Positions 16,150 through 25,598 of a DNA stretch of 28,033 nucleotides are shown here, one piece after another. Each line of letters starts with the position of its first letter. Positions within the stretch are counted from its first letter, which is position 1. The position numbers and the translations under genes were made by a program. Source of the stretch: a virus. Lineage: Duplodnaviria; Caudoviricetes. The DNA lies in the IMG/VR virus record IMGVR_UViG_3300022670_001834, positions 1-28,033 of that record; one strand, 5' to 3'. The notes beneath the pieces are model-generated. The model searched no databases. It saw nothing but the letters and a program-made list of their open reading frames with translations, and was not told where the DNA came from.

Positions 16150-17902
16150 AGTAATCAAAGATAAGTTTGGGATATCAGTTCCTGATCTTCCTATCCTTGA
16201 TTCTAATACATTGAGATGGATTGAGCAATCACGACCAATCATCGGGAACATTCACCGTAACTTTGATCTGACTCCATTCTATTATGAAATTTACGAGGAC
16301 AATCATCCTAACATTATGATCGTAGCAGGTCGTCAAACCTATAAGACAACCTTTTGCACAGATAAGTTAGTCCATGGAGCAACAAGCAAACCCAGATCAG
16401 AAATCTGTTACGTTACCGATACAGAGTCCCATCTATCAGCCTTTAGTAAGCAACGACTTCGTATCGAAACATTCCTACAAAACCCTGAACTTAGACAATA
16501 CCTACGACATGATCGTGGTAACATTGGAGAAATTTCACTGGGGAATGACTCAACTATCTACTTGGTTACCGATGAAGGAGAATACAAAAAGGTAGAGGGG
16601 AAATCGCTTCAAGTCTTGATGCTAGATGAGGCACAGTATCAAGATGTGCAGTTCCTCGCCAAAGCAATGTATTCTCTTTTCCAAACTCATGGTCAGCTTT
16701 ACGTTCTAGGAATTGGTGGCGAAGCTGGATCAGAGTATTATAAAATGTGGCATAGGACTGACCAGAGGGAATGGATTTATGATGATAAGTTTTGGCATGA
16801 AAAAATTAAACGAGATGCCAACGGTCAAATAATTAACGAACAAAATGAAATCAAAACAATTCTCGCTGGGCATTGGGTTGCTCAAAAGCCTGAAAACCAT
16901 CAGTTTAGAGGGTATCATTTACCACAACATATCTTTCCAATTATTCCAAGAACTATTAGACAAGCCCAACTTCATAACATCAATCCTGAATTTTCCCTTG
17001 AGTATCAAGAACGATACTCACCCTCCAGTTACTATTCATCACATTGTCTTGGAGATTTCTACAAAGCAGAACGTCGTCCAATTACACCTGAAATGGTCGA
17101 GAATTGCTACAATAGGTATCTAACACTTTTAACCTCTGAGGAGGTCAGACAACTGAAAGATATCTATGGAAAAGAGATTCGCGTACTCATGGGAGTTGAC
17201 TTTGGATCAGGACCATCGGCATCAAAAACAGTTGCAACTATCATTATTCATTGGAGAAAACCAAACAGATTTCAGATTGTTTGGATTGATCAACGACCAC
17301 AAGAGCATGGCTACGATCAAACAAGATACATCGCCGAACTTGGTGAAGCATACAATATCGACTATGGAGTTGGTGATCTAGGATATGGTCAGGACAGGGT
17401 CAAGGGAATCCAAGATGGAGGACGAGATAGTAAAGATATCAAGTTTAAGGGCTTGGGCAAAAAACGATTCATCGGTTGCCGTACTATTGGAGATGAAACT
17501 AAACCAGAACTCAAGTTCATACAAGAGACTGACGAGCACGGAACGCAACTTGGTAGGCTCCAAATTGACAAGACTACTACTATCCAAAACTTCGTGGATA
17601 TGGTGGGACGTTATGTTGCTCATCCTACACGACCTGACGATGAACGATGGAAACGCACTCAACTCATTATTCCATTCGGAAATGAGATCGAAACCGATTA
17701 CCTCCTCAATGACTTTGTATCAATAACTAGGAAGGATTTAGAAAAGGATCCTGATATCTCAAAGGAAGATCCAAGACAGCGAGCTAAAAAGGAATTTAAT
17801 CATCCCCCCGATACTGTGATGTCAATCATTTATGCCCTAGTTGCTGAGGCAAACTACAATCCTGATAGATATAGGCTAGTTGGGACAAGGAAAAGGAAGT
17901 AA
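16094..17902 (+). CDS. terL: Terminase large subunit
   Basis: Walker A-like AGRQTYKTT, Walker B LMLDEAQ, RNase H-fold nuclease motifs MGVDFG, VGDLGYG and HPPDTVMS. Confidence 0.88.
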   Translation: MRGTRINQSIDDTWKQASEVIKDKFGISVPDLPILDSNTLRWIEQSRPIIGNIHRNFDLTPFYYEIYEDNHPNIMIVAGRQTYKTTFCTDKLVHGATSKPRSEICYVTDTESHLSAFSKQRLRIETFLQNPELRQYLRHDRGNIGEISLGNDSTIYLVTDEGEYKKVEGKSLQVLMLDEAQYQDVQFLAKAMYSLFQTHGQLYVLGIGGEAGSEYYKMWHRTDQREWIYDDKFWHEKIKRDANGQIINEQNEIKTILAGHWVAQKPENHQFRGYHLPQHIFPIIPRTIRQAQLHNINPEFSLEYQERYSPSSYYSSHCLGDFYKAERRPITPEMVENCYNRYLTLLTSEEVRQLKDIYGKEIRVLMGVDFGSGPSASKTVATIIIHWRKPNRFQIVWIDQRPQEHGYDQTRYIAELGEAYNIDYGVGDLGYGQDRVKGIQDGGRDSKDIKFKGLGKKRFIGCRTIGDETKPELKFIQETDEHGTQLGRLQIDKTTTIQNFVDMVGRYVAHPTRPDDERWKRTQLIIPFGNEIETDYLLNDFVSITRKDLEKDPDISKEDPRQRAKKEFNHPPDTVMSIIYALVAEANYNPDRYRLVGTRKRK

Positions 17903-17965
17903 GTTCTCAATAAAAATTTGGATAAAAACTAATATCCAAACTATCTACCTTTGTAATAACAAGTA

Positions 17966-18169
17966 ATGAAGTGCTTGAGTTGTGGTAAATCTTGTCGAAC
18001 CCCTAAAGCTGATAATTGGATATTATGGCAGAATTGCTACCAATGTGCTTTGAAAAATCATCCTGAGTATTATGAGCATAAACCAAAGCATGGTACTGGT
18101 GGCACTTGGATGGGAGAAATAAAATGTATTCCCATGACTACCGAAGTTATCAAAATAAAAACACTTTAA
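17966..18169 (+). CDS. Zn-finger small protein
   Basis: CLSC...CYQC. Confidence 0.6.
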   Translation: MKCLSCGKSCRTPKADNWILWQNCYQCALKNHPEYYEHKPKHGTGGTWMGEIKCIPMTTEVIKIKTL

Positions 18170-18193
18170 CCTTTTGACGATCCATGAACTACT

Positions 18194-19882
18194 ATGACGT
18201 GGGCTAATCGGTTACGTAATGGCTTGGCAAGGATCATCTCCACATCTCCAATTGTCTCGCCACGAACCCACTCTACTACAAATCTTTCCGTAATGGAAGT
18301 GAAATCCTCACTCAATAGTGATTCAGTACCATTTAGTGAAATGGTTCCTCCCGGATTAAGTCAACCAGTTTGGGGTCCTGAAATTTCAACTGTTGGAGCT
18401 TACTCAAGGGAAGGATATACTTCTAAAACTTTTGACAAACCTTTCATTCCTTTTAACACAATGGCAATAGCACTAGCATCCGATGAGGACGTATCGCTTG
18501 CCCTTAACCATTTATCATCTCAAATTACTGGAGGGGAACATTACTGGAAAGGTGAGAACGAACAGATCACCGAATACATGGAATCCTTTACAAAGATGAT
18601 TGACTTTGACGAACTCGATACAAAGATTGTAAAAGAATTACTTTGGTATGGAAATTCATTTTGGAAACCACGAATGGGTATTGCACACATTCACAGCAAG
18701 CATGATCTAATGCACATACCAATTAGTTCAGCAGTTCGTATATGGTGGGATCGTCAGAGAATACCTTACAAGTATGAGTTTAGGGGAGCAGAGTATCAAG
18801 GTTATCACAACCCTGATGAAATAATTCACTTGGCATGGAATCCAGTTAATGCTTCTGCTTATGGAATCGGTCTTGGTGTTGCCATGATGTCAGTCCATAG
18901 GTTCGAACAAATTACTGCCAATGGTCCAGAAACTAATTTACTTCCTTCATTACTTGATCGAAAATATTCTAATCAATTAACAATGCATATTACTGAACGC
19001 CGATACACTCCGAGAAATGTTTGGATAGCACCAGAAGCAGATGAGGATGAACGAGCACAGCTTGAAGCAAGACTTCAAGATTTGAAACTTGGAGAGGATA
19101 TGGTTGCAGGTTCGGACTTGAAGGTTCAAGAACTTGGATCATCACAAAGGGCGTTCAACCCTACTCAATTTACTGATACAGTTCTCGGTCCTATCATGAA
19201 GGCACTAAACGATTTCAGGGGAAAACAGGGAACTGAATCATCTCACCAATTTGCCAATGCAAAAACTTCTGCTGTCTTAGATCAAATCGGACTATCATCT
19301 TTTCCCCTTACAGTAACTAGAATGTTAATTGATAATTTGTTCAGGCCTTGGTATGATGAGAATCCAATGTATGATCAGTCTTACGGTGGGGGATTGGTTG
19401 CACTTCCTTGGGATTCCTGCAATTATGAATTAAACTTTGGACGAGTTCAGAAAAAAGATATTGACTTACAAGATCAGATTAAACTAATTGAGCTCGCCAT
19501 GTCAACTGGAGCTGTTCAAGATCCATCGGAGATTCGTTCACTTATCGAGGATGCAGGATTAGGATTAAGGGAAGAGTACGGTGCAGCATTAGAGGAACAA
19601 TACAATCCAATGAATCCAATGCCTGCAAACTTTAGTGATCCAATGAATCCAACCTTTGATGATATGGGTGGTGGTGAGATTCCAAATAACTTTTCCAATC
19701 AACGAATGGGAACCCCTCCTAATGATGATCCAATTTACAATGACATGATCCAAAATGTCAGGGGAAATAATCCTGCTACTGAAAACAATCCATTTACTCC
19801 TAATCCTTATTCAGCTCAACCGAGTGATCCAAGACTTAACTTTACAGAAACAAAAAGGAAAAAACGACATGCCACAAGATAA
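18194..19882 (+). CDS. Portal protein
   Basis: Follows terL. ELLWYGNSF, DEIIHL..N...YGIG motifs and a P/N/M-rich disordered C-terminus. Confidence 0.85.
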   Translation: MTWANRLRNGLARIISTSPIVSPRTHSTTNLSVMEVKSSLNSDSVPFSEMVPPGLSQPVWGPEISTVGAYSREGYTSKTFDKPFIPFNTMAIALASDEDVSLALNHLSSQITGGEHYWKGENEQITEYMESFTKMIDFDELDTKIVKELLWYGNSFWKPRMGIAHIHSKHDLMHIPISSAVRIWWDRQRIPYKYEFRGAEYQGYHNPDEIIHLAWNPVNASAYGIGLGVAMMSVHRFEQITANGPETNLLPSLLDRKYSNQLTMHITERRYTPRNVWIAPEADEDERAQLEARLQDLKLGEDMVAGSDLKVQELGSSQRAFNPTQFTDTVLGPIMKALNDFRGKQGTESSHQFANAKTSAVLDQIGLSSFPLTVTRMLIDNLFRPWYDENPMYDQSYGGGLVALPWDSCNYELNFGRVQKKDIDLQDQIKLIELAMSTGAVQDPSEIRSLIEDAGLGLREEYGAALEEQYNPMNPMPANFSDPMNPTFDDMGGGEIPNNFSNQRMGTPPNDDPIYNDMIQNVRGNNPATENNPFTPNPYSAQPSDPRLNFTETKRKKRHATR

Positions 19883-20282
19883 ACTCCATCGTTGCGTTGA
19901 GCAGGTAAAAGGGGAAAAGGGAGTTGATTCGGCCTATGCGATTTGTAACTCATCTATCAATGAAGCTCATAAACCATATCCATTTCCAGTAATCCCAAGC
20001 AAACAATCTGGTAGAGACCAGATGTTAAAACATAATGAACTAGAACCAGATCCAATGTTTGAAGCAGTTTGTAATGCCCTTACGCAAGAACAACATAATC
20101 CAATGGATATTATCAACTGCCCTGCTGACGATCCTGAAAGGGAAGCAGTAGCAATAGGAGGAGGACTTAGTGGCATATCAATAGGTGGCAAAAAAAAGAC
20201 AGTAGAAACTCTTTGCTCTTGTGATCAGTTTGATAATACTGTCAAGGCATTAAGGAAGGAAACTAATGCCGATAAAATCTAA
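19869..20282 (+). CDS. Head-module protein of unknown function
   Basis: ATG 19869 is in frame with ORF 19755. N-terminal 'KLHRCVEQVK..SAYAIC' motif. Confidence 0.55.
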   Translation: MPQDKLHRCVEQVKGEKGVDSAYAICNSSINEAHKPYPFPVIPSKQSGRDQMLKHNELEPDPMFEAVCNALTQEQHNPMDIINCPADDPEREAVAIGGGLSGISIGGKKKTVETLCSCDQFDNTVKALRKETNADKI

Positions 20283-22017
20283 GCTTGAACCCTTAGATTC
20301 TGAATACTCTTACAAAGAGATCAAGGAAGCATTACTCAAGGATGATATTGATAATATTCTCAACCGTTATGATTATCTAAAAAACATCGAAGGAATACCA
20401 GATCCCGAAGCTAAAAGGGCAATTACTGCTGAATTTGGAACTGATTTGGAAGTAAATCAGAATGATTGGAAACCTCCCCTTGATGTCGGTAATGGAATGG
20501 TTCCTGATCTTACAATGAAAGTTTTTGATACTGGTTATCCTCCTGTTCCTCCTTTGCCTGTCTTTGCCAATACATCGCCATTCGGCAACGATGGATTTGA
20601 TCATAAGAATCCTGATCCTCAAGGCTATGCAGGAGGTCGTGATGTCGAGAATTTATCTCAATACAAAACCAACGCACCAGAGAATTTAGTTACCAAAAGC
20701 AAACCCTATCCCTACGAAGATCAGAGTAAGGAGAATTATGTAAACAATCCTTTTGATCCCCCAAGCAATCCATCTATGCATGGAGAGCATGGGTTTAACG
20801 TAGAGAAAAGTATTCCTGAATGGAAATATCCAATCGAGGACGATCAAGGGGGAGTAGAGGAATTAATTGTTGATCGAGATAAAAAAACTGGTCAATGGGT
20901 AAAGCATGGAACAACAAAAGGAGATTTGATTACTGATCATTCACTCGCACCAATACTTGATAGGGCAAGGAAAGATTACTTACAAAGACAATGGGATGGC
21001 ACGATTGAGGAACCCTACATGGTTACTCATGAACCAAAACATGAGGATGATCCTCACGCTGTCGTTGAAGCTTTGGATCCCTATGATGAGAACGATATCT
21101 ACGCACCAATCTGGGCAAAGTATCATCTTGGACCAGCTCATAGGGATATGGACATATGTGATAAGTTCAAGGGAAAAGTTTATGATCTAACCGAGATGGA
21201 TCGACCCGTTCCTCCAAGCGAAGGTTTGGGATATACGACTACTCATCCTAATTGTCAATGCTGGTGGCAACCGATAAAAGAACCAAGTAAGACCACTATG
21301 GCAACAAAAAAACAGAGGAAAGATTTTGGAAAAATCAGAGCACATATTACCAGAAAAGCTAACAAAGGGAAACTTCATACTGTTAAGCCTGATGGGACAT
21401 TATCTAACAGAACACGATCGTCAAATCCGATGCGAGAAACAATCGAGGAAATCAGAGAACAGTTCCAATGGTTGACTGATAAGTATCTCGATAGAATCCA
21501 ATCAGTAGATGTTCCCGGAAAAATGTTTTTGATTCGAGCAAGTAATGAAGCTATTACAGATCATAGAAACGAAGGCGAACCTTTACGCAGATGGCTAAGT
21601 CCTGATGAACTTCATGGAATGGCTAGAACTGCAATAGGAAAAGGAATGGATGTGAATCATCACCCAGAATATACCACTAATGCTCAAGTTTTAGATTCAG
21701 AATATGACCGAAATAGGCACGAAATACAGATGATAATAAACGAACAAGATCCTCAAATCCTAGATGCCATAAACAAGCAGATCATTACTGCTGTTTCAAT
21801 AAATGGAGGTCAACCAAGAGATGAAAAGATTGAATGTCCTGATTGTGATAATGGAAACTGTGAGTGCTTTATCGTTCCCGAAGGTGTGGTTCTAGGAGAG
21901 CAGGATAATATTGCATTGACTTGGGTAGTTACTGATCCAAAAGGATTCAATTATCATGGAATGTTTATACCTCCTGCGACTCCCGGAGTTAAGACAACTG
22001 CCATTGAACCACTATAA
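20266..22017 (+). CDS. Prohead maturation protease fused to a MuF/SPP1-gp7-like Cys/His motif
   Basis: Central DICDKFKG..PP..HPNCQC. C-terminal 'R.LSPDEL...A...G..MDVNH...AVSING...ALTWV' fits assemblin-fold prohead proteases. Position after the portal. Confidence 0.65.
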   Translation: MPIKSKLEPLDSEYSYKEIKEALLKDDIDNILNRYDYLKNIEGIPDPEAKRAITAEFGTDLEVNQNDWKPPLDVGNGMVPDLTMKVFDTGYPPVPPLPVFANTSPFGNDGFDHKNPDPQGYAGGRDVENLSQYKTNAPENLVTKSKPYPYEDQSKENYVNNPFDPPSNPSMHGEHGFNVEKSIPEWKYPIEDDQGGVEELIVDRDKKTGQWVKHGTTKGDLITDHSLAPILDRARKDYLQRQWDGTIEEPYMVTHEPKHEDDPHAVVEALDPYDENDIYAPIWAKYHLGPAHRDMDICDKFKGKVYDLTEMDRPVPPSEGLGYTTTHPNCQCWWQPIKEPSKTTMATKKQRKDFGKIRAHITRKANKGKLHTVKPDGTLSNRTRSSNPMRETIEEIREQFQWLTDKYLDRIQSVDVPGKMFLIRASNEAITDHRNEGEPLRRWLSPDELHGMARTAIGKGMDVNHHPEYTTNAQVLDSEYDRNRHEIQMIINEQDPQILDAINKQIITAVSINGGQPRDEKIECPDCDNGNCECFIVPEGVVLGEQDNIALTWVVTDPKGFNYHGMFIPPATPGVKTTAIEPL

Positions 22018-22105
22018 TTATTGTCAATGTAAAAAACCAATTCCAATGACTGCCGATGTGGGAGACCGAAACTGTATAAGGTGCGGAATGAAAATGGAAT
22101 ATTGA
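22004..22105 (+). CDS. Zn-binding microprotein (33 aa)
   Basis: MNHYNYCQCKKPIPMTADVGDRNCIRCGMKMEY. TTGA coupling to the next ORF. Confidence 0.5.
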   Translation: MNHYNYCQCKKPIPMTADVGDRNCIRCGMKMEY

Positions 22106-22431
22106 GGGCTAGATGTGTGAATATCCAAATAGCACCGGCTGTTGATTTTAGTCATTTGATGCCCTCAAATTACTTAGAATTTTGTTTGAAGTTCTTTAAC
22201 AAAATTTACACAATACAGCAACGAGGGATTTATTCCCACTCCGAAGTATCTAATTTAATGAGAGAAGTCGAAAATGTCCTAGATAAGATTAAAGATAAAA
22301 ATGATACTCAAAAATTACTCGATTGGTATCATCGGGAATTTAATCCTCAATATCAGCTCACATGGCTACGATATACATTTCATCAACACTTGAAAAGAGC
22401 TGGCAAAGATCCCCTCAAAACACTTGTATAG
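22102..22431 (+). CDS. Hypothetical helical protein
   Basis: Same frame as ORF 22081. Start uncertain. Confidence 0.5.
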   Translation: MRARCVNIQIAPAVDFSHLMPSNYLEFCLKFFNKIYTIQQRGIYSHSEVSNLMREVENVLDKIKDKNDTQKLLDWYHREFNPQYQLTWLRYTFHQHLKRAGKDPLKTLV

Positions 22432-22432
22432 T
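22417..22432 (+). promoter_or_regulatory. Late promoter motif AAAACACTTGTATAGT (copy 1)
   Basis: Exact 16-mer repeated three times. Here CACTT begins 31 nt before ATG 22452. Confidence 0.75.
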
Positions 22433-22451
22433 TTTAGTTCACACAAAACCC

Positions 22452-22775
22452 ATGAGTCAATTATACGAAAGGGCTAAAGCTCTTGGAACATTTGCTCAAA
22501 ATGTTAAATGGTTCACTCCTGATTATGTCCCCGTCGCAGGCACTTCTAGGGCATCAGATTTAATTGTTCAAATAAATTCATCGACTTCCGTTATAGTAGA
22601 AGTTACTGTCAATGGAGGTTCTACATTTAATCCAATTAATTCAGGTAATGCCATACCAGTAGGTTTTTCTCAGTTTGATATTTTTGCAACAAAGGAAGAT
22701 CAAGTTAATCTTCGAACTACTGATCCAGCAGGAATTTCAGTTGATTGTAGATTAATCAATGATCTAACAGCGTGA
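22452..22775 (+). CDS. Small beta-rich virion protein
   Basis: ATG 22452 fits the promoter spacing. Jelly-roll-like strand pattern. Confidence 0.55.
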   Translation: MSQLYERAKALGTFAQNVKWFTPDYVPVAGTSRASDLIVQINSSTSVIVEVTVNGGSTFNPINSGNAIPVGFSQFDIFATKEDQVNLRTTDPAGISVDCRLINDLTA

Positions 22776-22780
22776 TCTAA

Positions 22781-25597
22781 ATGGCTAGATTCCCAGCACA
22801 AGGTTCAGGAACAGGAGGAGGAGCAGGAACAGGTCATGTTATCCAAGATGAAGGAACTGGATTACCTAACCAACCAATTTTAGATTTTACAGGCAACGCT
22901 GTTGTAGCATCTGATGGAACTGGAAAAACTCTTGTAGATATTAATAGATACATTATAAAAAATCAAATTGGAGCAATTTTACCTGCAATCGGTGAACCTC
23001 CAACAATAACATTTGGTGGTGGTTTAGTAGGATTAAACGACGAAGGAGGCACTCTGATCACTGGTGAGGAACCTCATATAATAAAAGATGAGGGTCTTTC
23101 ATTACCTGATCAACCAAGTCTTAATTTTGTAGGTAATGGAGTTGTTGCAAGCGATGGTCCCGGAAATAATACAACTGTTACAATTCCCGGAACCGAACCG
23201 ATAAATCTCGATAAACTATTTGAAACTACAACTACTTCGCTTGTTAATACCATTACAGCTTTACTAGCTTCACCTGTCAATGTAATTGATTATTCAGAAT
23301 TTTGGTTGATTGTAACTGGTTCATTAGATGCTCAAGGCGACATATTTGCTCAAATAAACAATTTTACATCATCAGAATATTCAACTTTATTTACTCGAGT
23401 TAATTCAACGCCAACTTCTGTCGCTGTCTCTAATACTGGAGCTGGTGCATGGGTTCTTAATAATTCCCCTAATGCCGAGCAACTTCTCATAAACTCTCAA
23501 ATCTATTCTAAGCTTGTATTTCAAGGTGGAACTGGAGGAGTTGTAAATCGTCATAACGGCACAATACATTCAACATATCAAGGGTCGGGAGTTGGAAATA
23601 CAAAGTCAGTATTGGATGGAGGTATAGAATTAGATGATACAACAACGACTCTAAATCAATTTGTAGTTAAAACTGATGGAGTGTCTAACTTCAATATCGG
23701 AACTAAAGTTTCAGTCTATGGCGTAAAAACTGCTGGTGGAACTACTGGGGGAACTTCTACAGCGACTGGGTTAGTTGTAGAAACATTATTCAAAACTACT
23801 CTAACAACTCCAAAGATCACCTTTGATGCAATAGTTTCTCCTGCTGTGCTGTTTGCAGATTATACTGAATTTTGGTTAGTAATCAATGGAGGCATGAACG
23901 CTGATGCTGATTTGTTCGTCCAAATTAATGACATCACGACCACGAACTACAATGCAGCCTATAATTTCCTTGACGGATTAGCTAGCACTCAAGCTTTCGA
24001 ACAAGAGTCTGCTCAAAGTTCATGGAGAATTAATACCACAACAAAAGTAATTAATGAACGAACTAATTTCTATTCTAAGTTAATCATTCAAGGTGGTGCA
24101 AGAGTACCTACAGAAGATGATGCTCTTTATGGTTCCATTTATTCATCATTTAGTGACCCAACGCCACTTCCTGCTGTAACTGGAGCTCAAATAATTAAAC
24201 AAGGAGGCATTAGATTAGACACATTTACCGACACAATCTTATCCAAATTTAGAATTTTTTCGACTGGTTCTGATGCGATGCAAACAGGAACGTCTATTGC
24301 AATCTATGGTGTAAAGCCAGTCGGAGCAGGTGCAGGTAGCACAGTCGCATCAGGAGGAGGCAATTATGTATTAATAGGATCTGCAATCGCTGATGGTTCA
24401 AGTCCGATTTTAAGAGCAACTTTTGCTGGCGAAACATTAGATGGAACTAAAAATGCAAAATTCGTGGCAATCTCTACAACCGAATTAGTAGGCGGTTCTG
24501 CTTCTGGTGATATTGGTTACAGAGTTAATCAGGTTGGTGTTTTACCAACAAATTCTCCTTATGCCACAAACGGATCTAGATTAAGCTCAGCAACCTATGA
24601 CCCATTCACAAATAGTAATGCAATAGAATGGAAAACTGGATTCTTTGACGGTGAAAAGGATGCTTTCAGTATAGTTGAATTTTCAGGAACGTATGGGGGA
24701 GATGGTGAAACTGGTGGTTTAACTGGTTTCGTTAGAGAATCATTGTCTGCTGAAAGCCGAGAATTTATGACAGCTGGAATCACATTTTCAGGCGATCCCC
24801 CTTTCGTGCTATCTCCTTTAACTTCGTTTGAGCTGGTAAATGTAGCTAGTGAGCCAGTCAATTTTGTAGCTGGTTCTCGACTTGATGTGTATAAGGTTGT
24901 TGTAGCTGAAGGGGGAGGGATTGCTGGTCATGTTATCCAAGACGAAGGCGTTGATCTAACTCAAGAACCCACTCTTGATTTTGTTGGTGATGGTGTAACA
25001 GTAACCGATGGATTAGACAAAACGATTGTAACAATTCCCGGAGGTGGTGGTGGAGCTGGTCTTGTAGAGAAATTATTTGATACAACAATAGTAACTCCTG
25101 TTGGTACGATTACAGCGACAATATCTCCTTCTGTCAATGTTGTTGACTATGCTGAATTTTGGCTAATTGCAACTGGTTCGCTATCAGCGACAGACGATAT
25201 ATTCACACAGATTAATAATTTTACAAGTTCATCTTATCAAAATCTTTTTAATCGAATCACAGGTGGAATTTTAGGTCAGGCTCCCTTTGAGGATAATGGA
25301 TCAGCAGGTTGGCAATTAAATAATACTGTTATTGGACCAAACGAAAGTGTTCTACTAAATACTCAATTCTATATGAAACTTGTATTTCAAGGCGGTGCAG
25401 CAGTTGGTTCACGACATAGAGGATCAATTAGCTCAACGTATGCTGGTTCAGTAGCTGGTAGTGATCCTTCATCAATTACGGGTCATATAGCATTGTTCGG
25501 AAGCATTACAACTCTAGACCAATTTGTAATTTTTACTCAAGGTGCAGCCAATTTCAATGCTGGAACTCAAATTACTGTCTATGGCGTAAAGATCTAG
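22781..25597 (+). CDS. Repeat-built fibre/decoration protein (938 aa)
   Basis: Three 'H(V/I)I(Q/K)DEG..L...P.L.F.G..V...DG' repeats, three clear ~170-aa domains ending in YGVK plus one diverged domain, and Gly-rich hinges. Confidence 0.65.
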   Translation: MARFPAQGSGTGGGAGTGHVIQDEGTGLPNQPILDFTGNAVVASDGTGKTLVDINRYIIKNQIGAILPAIGEPPTITFGGGLVGLNDEGGTLITGEEPHIIKDEGLSLPDQPSLNFVGNGVVASDGPGNNTTVTIPGTEPINLDKLFETTTTSLVNTITALLASPVNVIDYSEFWLIVTGSLDAQGDIFAQINNFTSSEYSTLFTRVNSTPTSVAVSNTGAGAWVLNNSPNAEQLLINSQIYSKLVFQGGTGGVVNRHNGTIHSTYQGSGVGNTKSVLDGGIELDDTTTTLNQFVVKTDGVSNFNIGTKVSVYGVKTAGGTTGGTSTATGLVVETLFKTTLTTPKITFDAIVSPAVLFADYTEFWLVINGGMNADADLFVQINDITTTNYNAAYNFLDGLASTQAFEQESAQSSWRINTTTKVINERTNFYSKLIIQGGARVPTEDDALYGSIYSSFSDPTPLPAVTGAQIIKQGGIRLDTFTDTILSKFRIFSTGSDAMQTGTSIAIYGVKPVGAGAGSTVASGGGNYVLIGSAIADGSSPILRATFAGETLDGTKNAKFVAISTTELVGGSASGDIGYRVNQVGVLPTNSPYATNGSRLSSATYDPFTNSNAIEWKTGFFDGEKDAFSIVEFSGTYGGDGETGGLTGFVRESLSAESREFMTAGITFSGDPPFVLSPLTSFELVNVASEPVNFVAGSRLDVYKVVVAEGGGIAGHVIQDEGVDLTQEPTLDFVGDGVTVTDGLDKTIVTIPGGGGGAGLVEKLFDTTIVTPVGTITATISPSVNVVDYAEFWLIATGSLSATDDIFTQINNFTSSSYQNLFNRITGGILGQAPFEDNGSAGWQLNNTVIGPNESVLLNTQFYMKLVFQGGAAVGSRHRGSISSTYAGSVAGSDPSSITGHIALFGSITTLDQFVIFTQGAANFNAGTQITVYGVKI

Positions 25598-25598
25598 C

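Noticed and set aside
2221-24861. All minus-strand ORFs in the track (e.g. 2221-2472, 9654-9896, 13121-13384, 17378-17662, 24595-24861)
   Set aside because: Short, lie antisense to well-supported plus-strand genes, and show no motifs. Treated as shadow ORFs.
23213-25597. Fibre-domain repeats as a diversity-generating retroelement TR/VR pair
   Set aside because: Differences are not adenine-specific, both copies are in-frame coding domains, and no reverse transcriptase is in the window.
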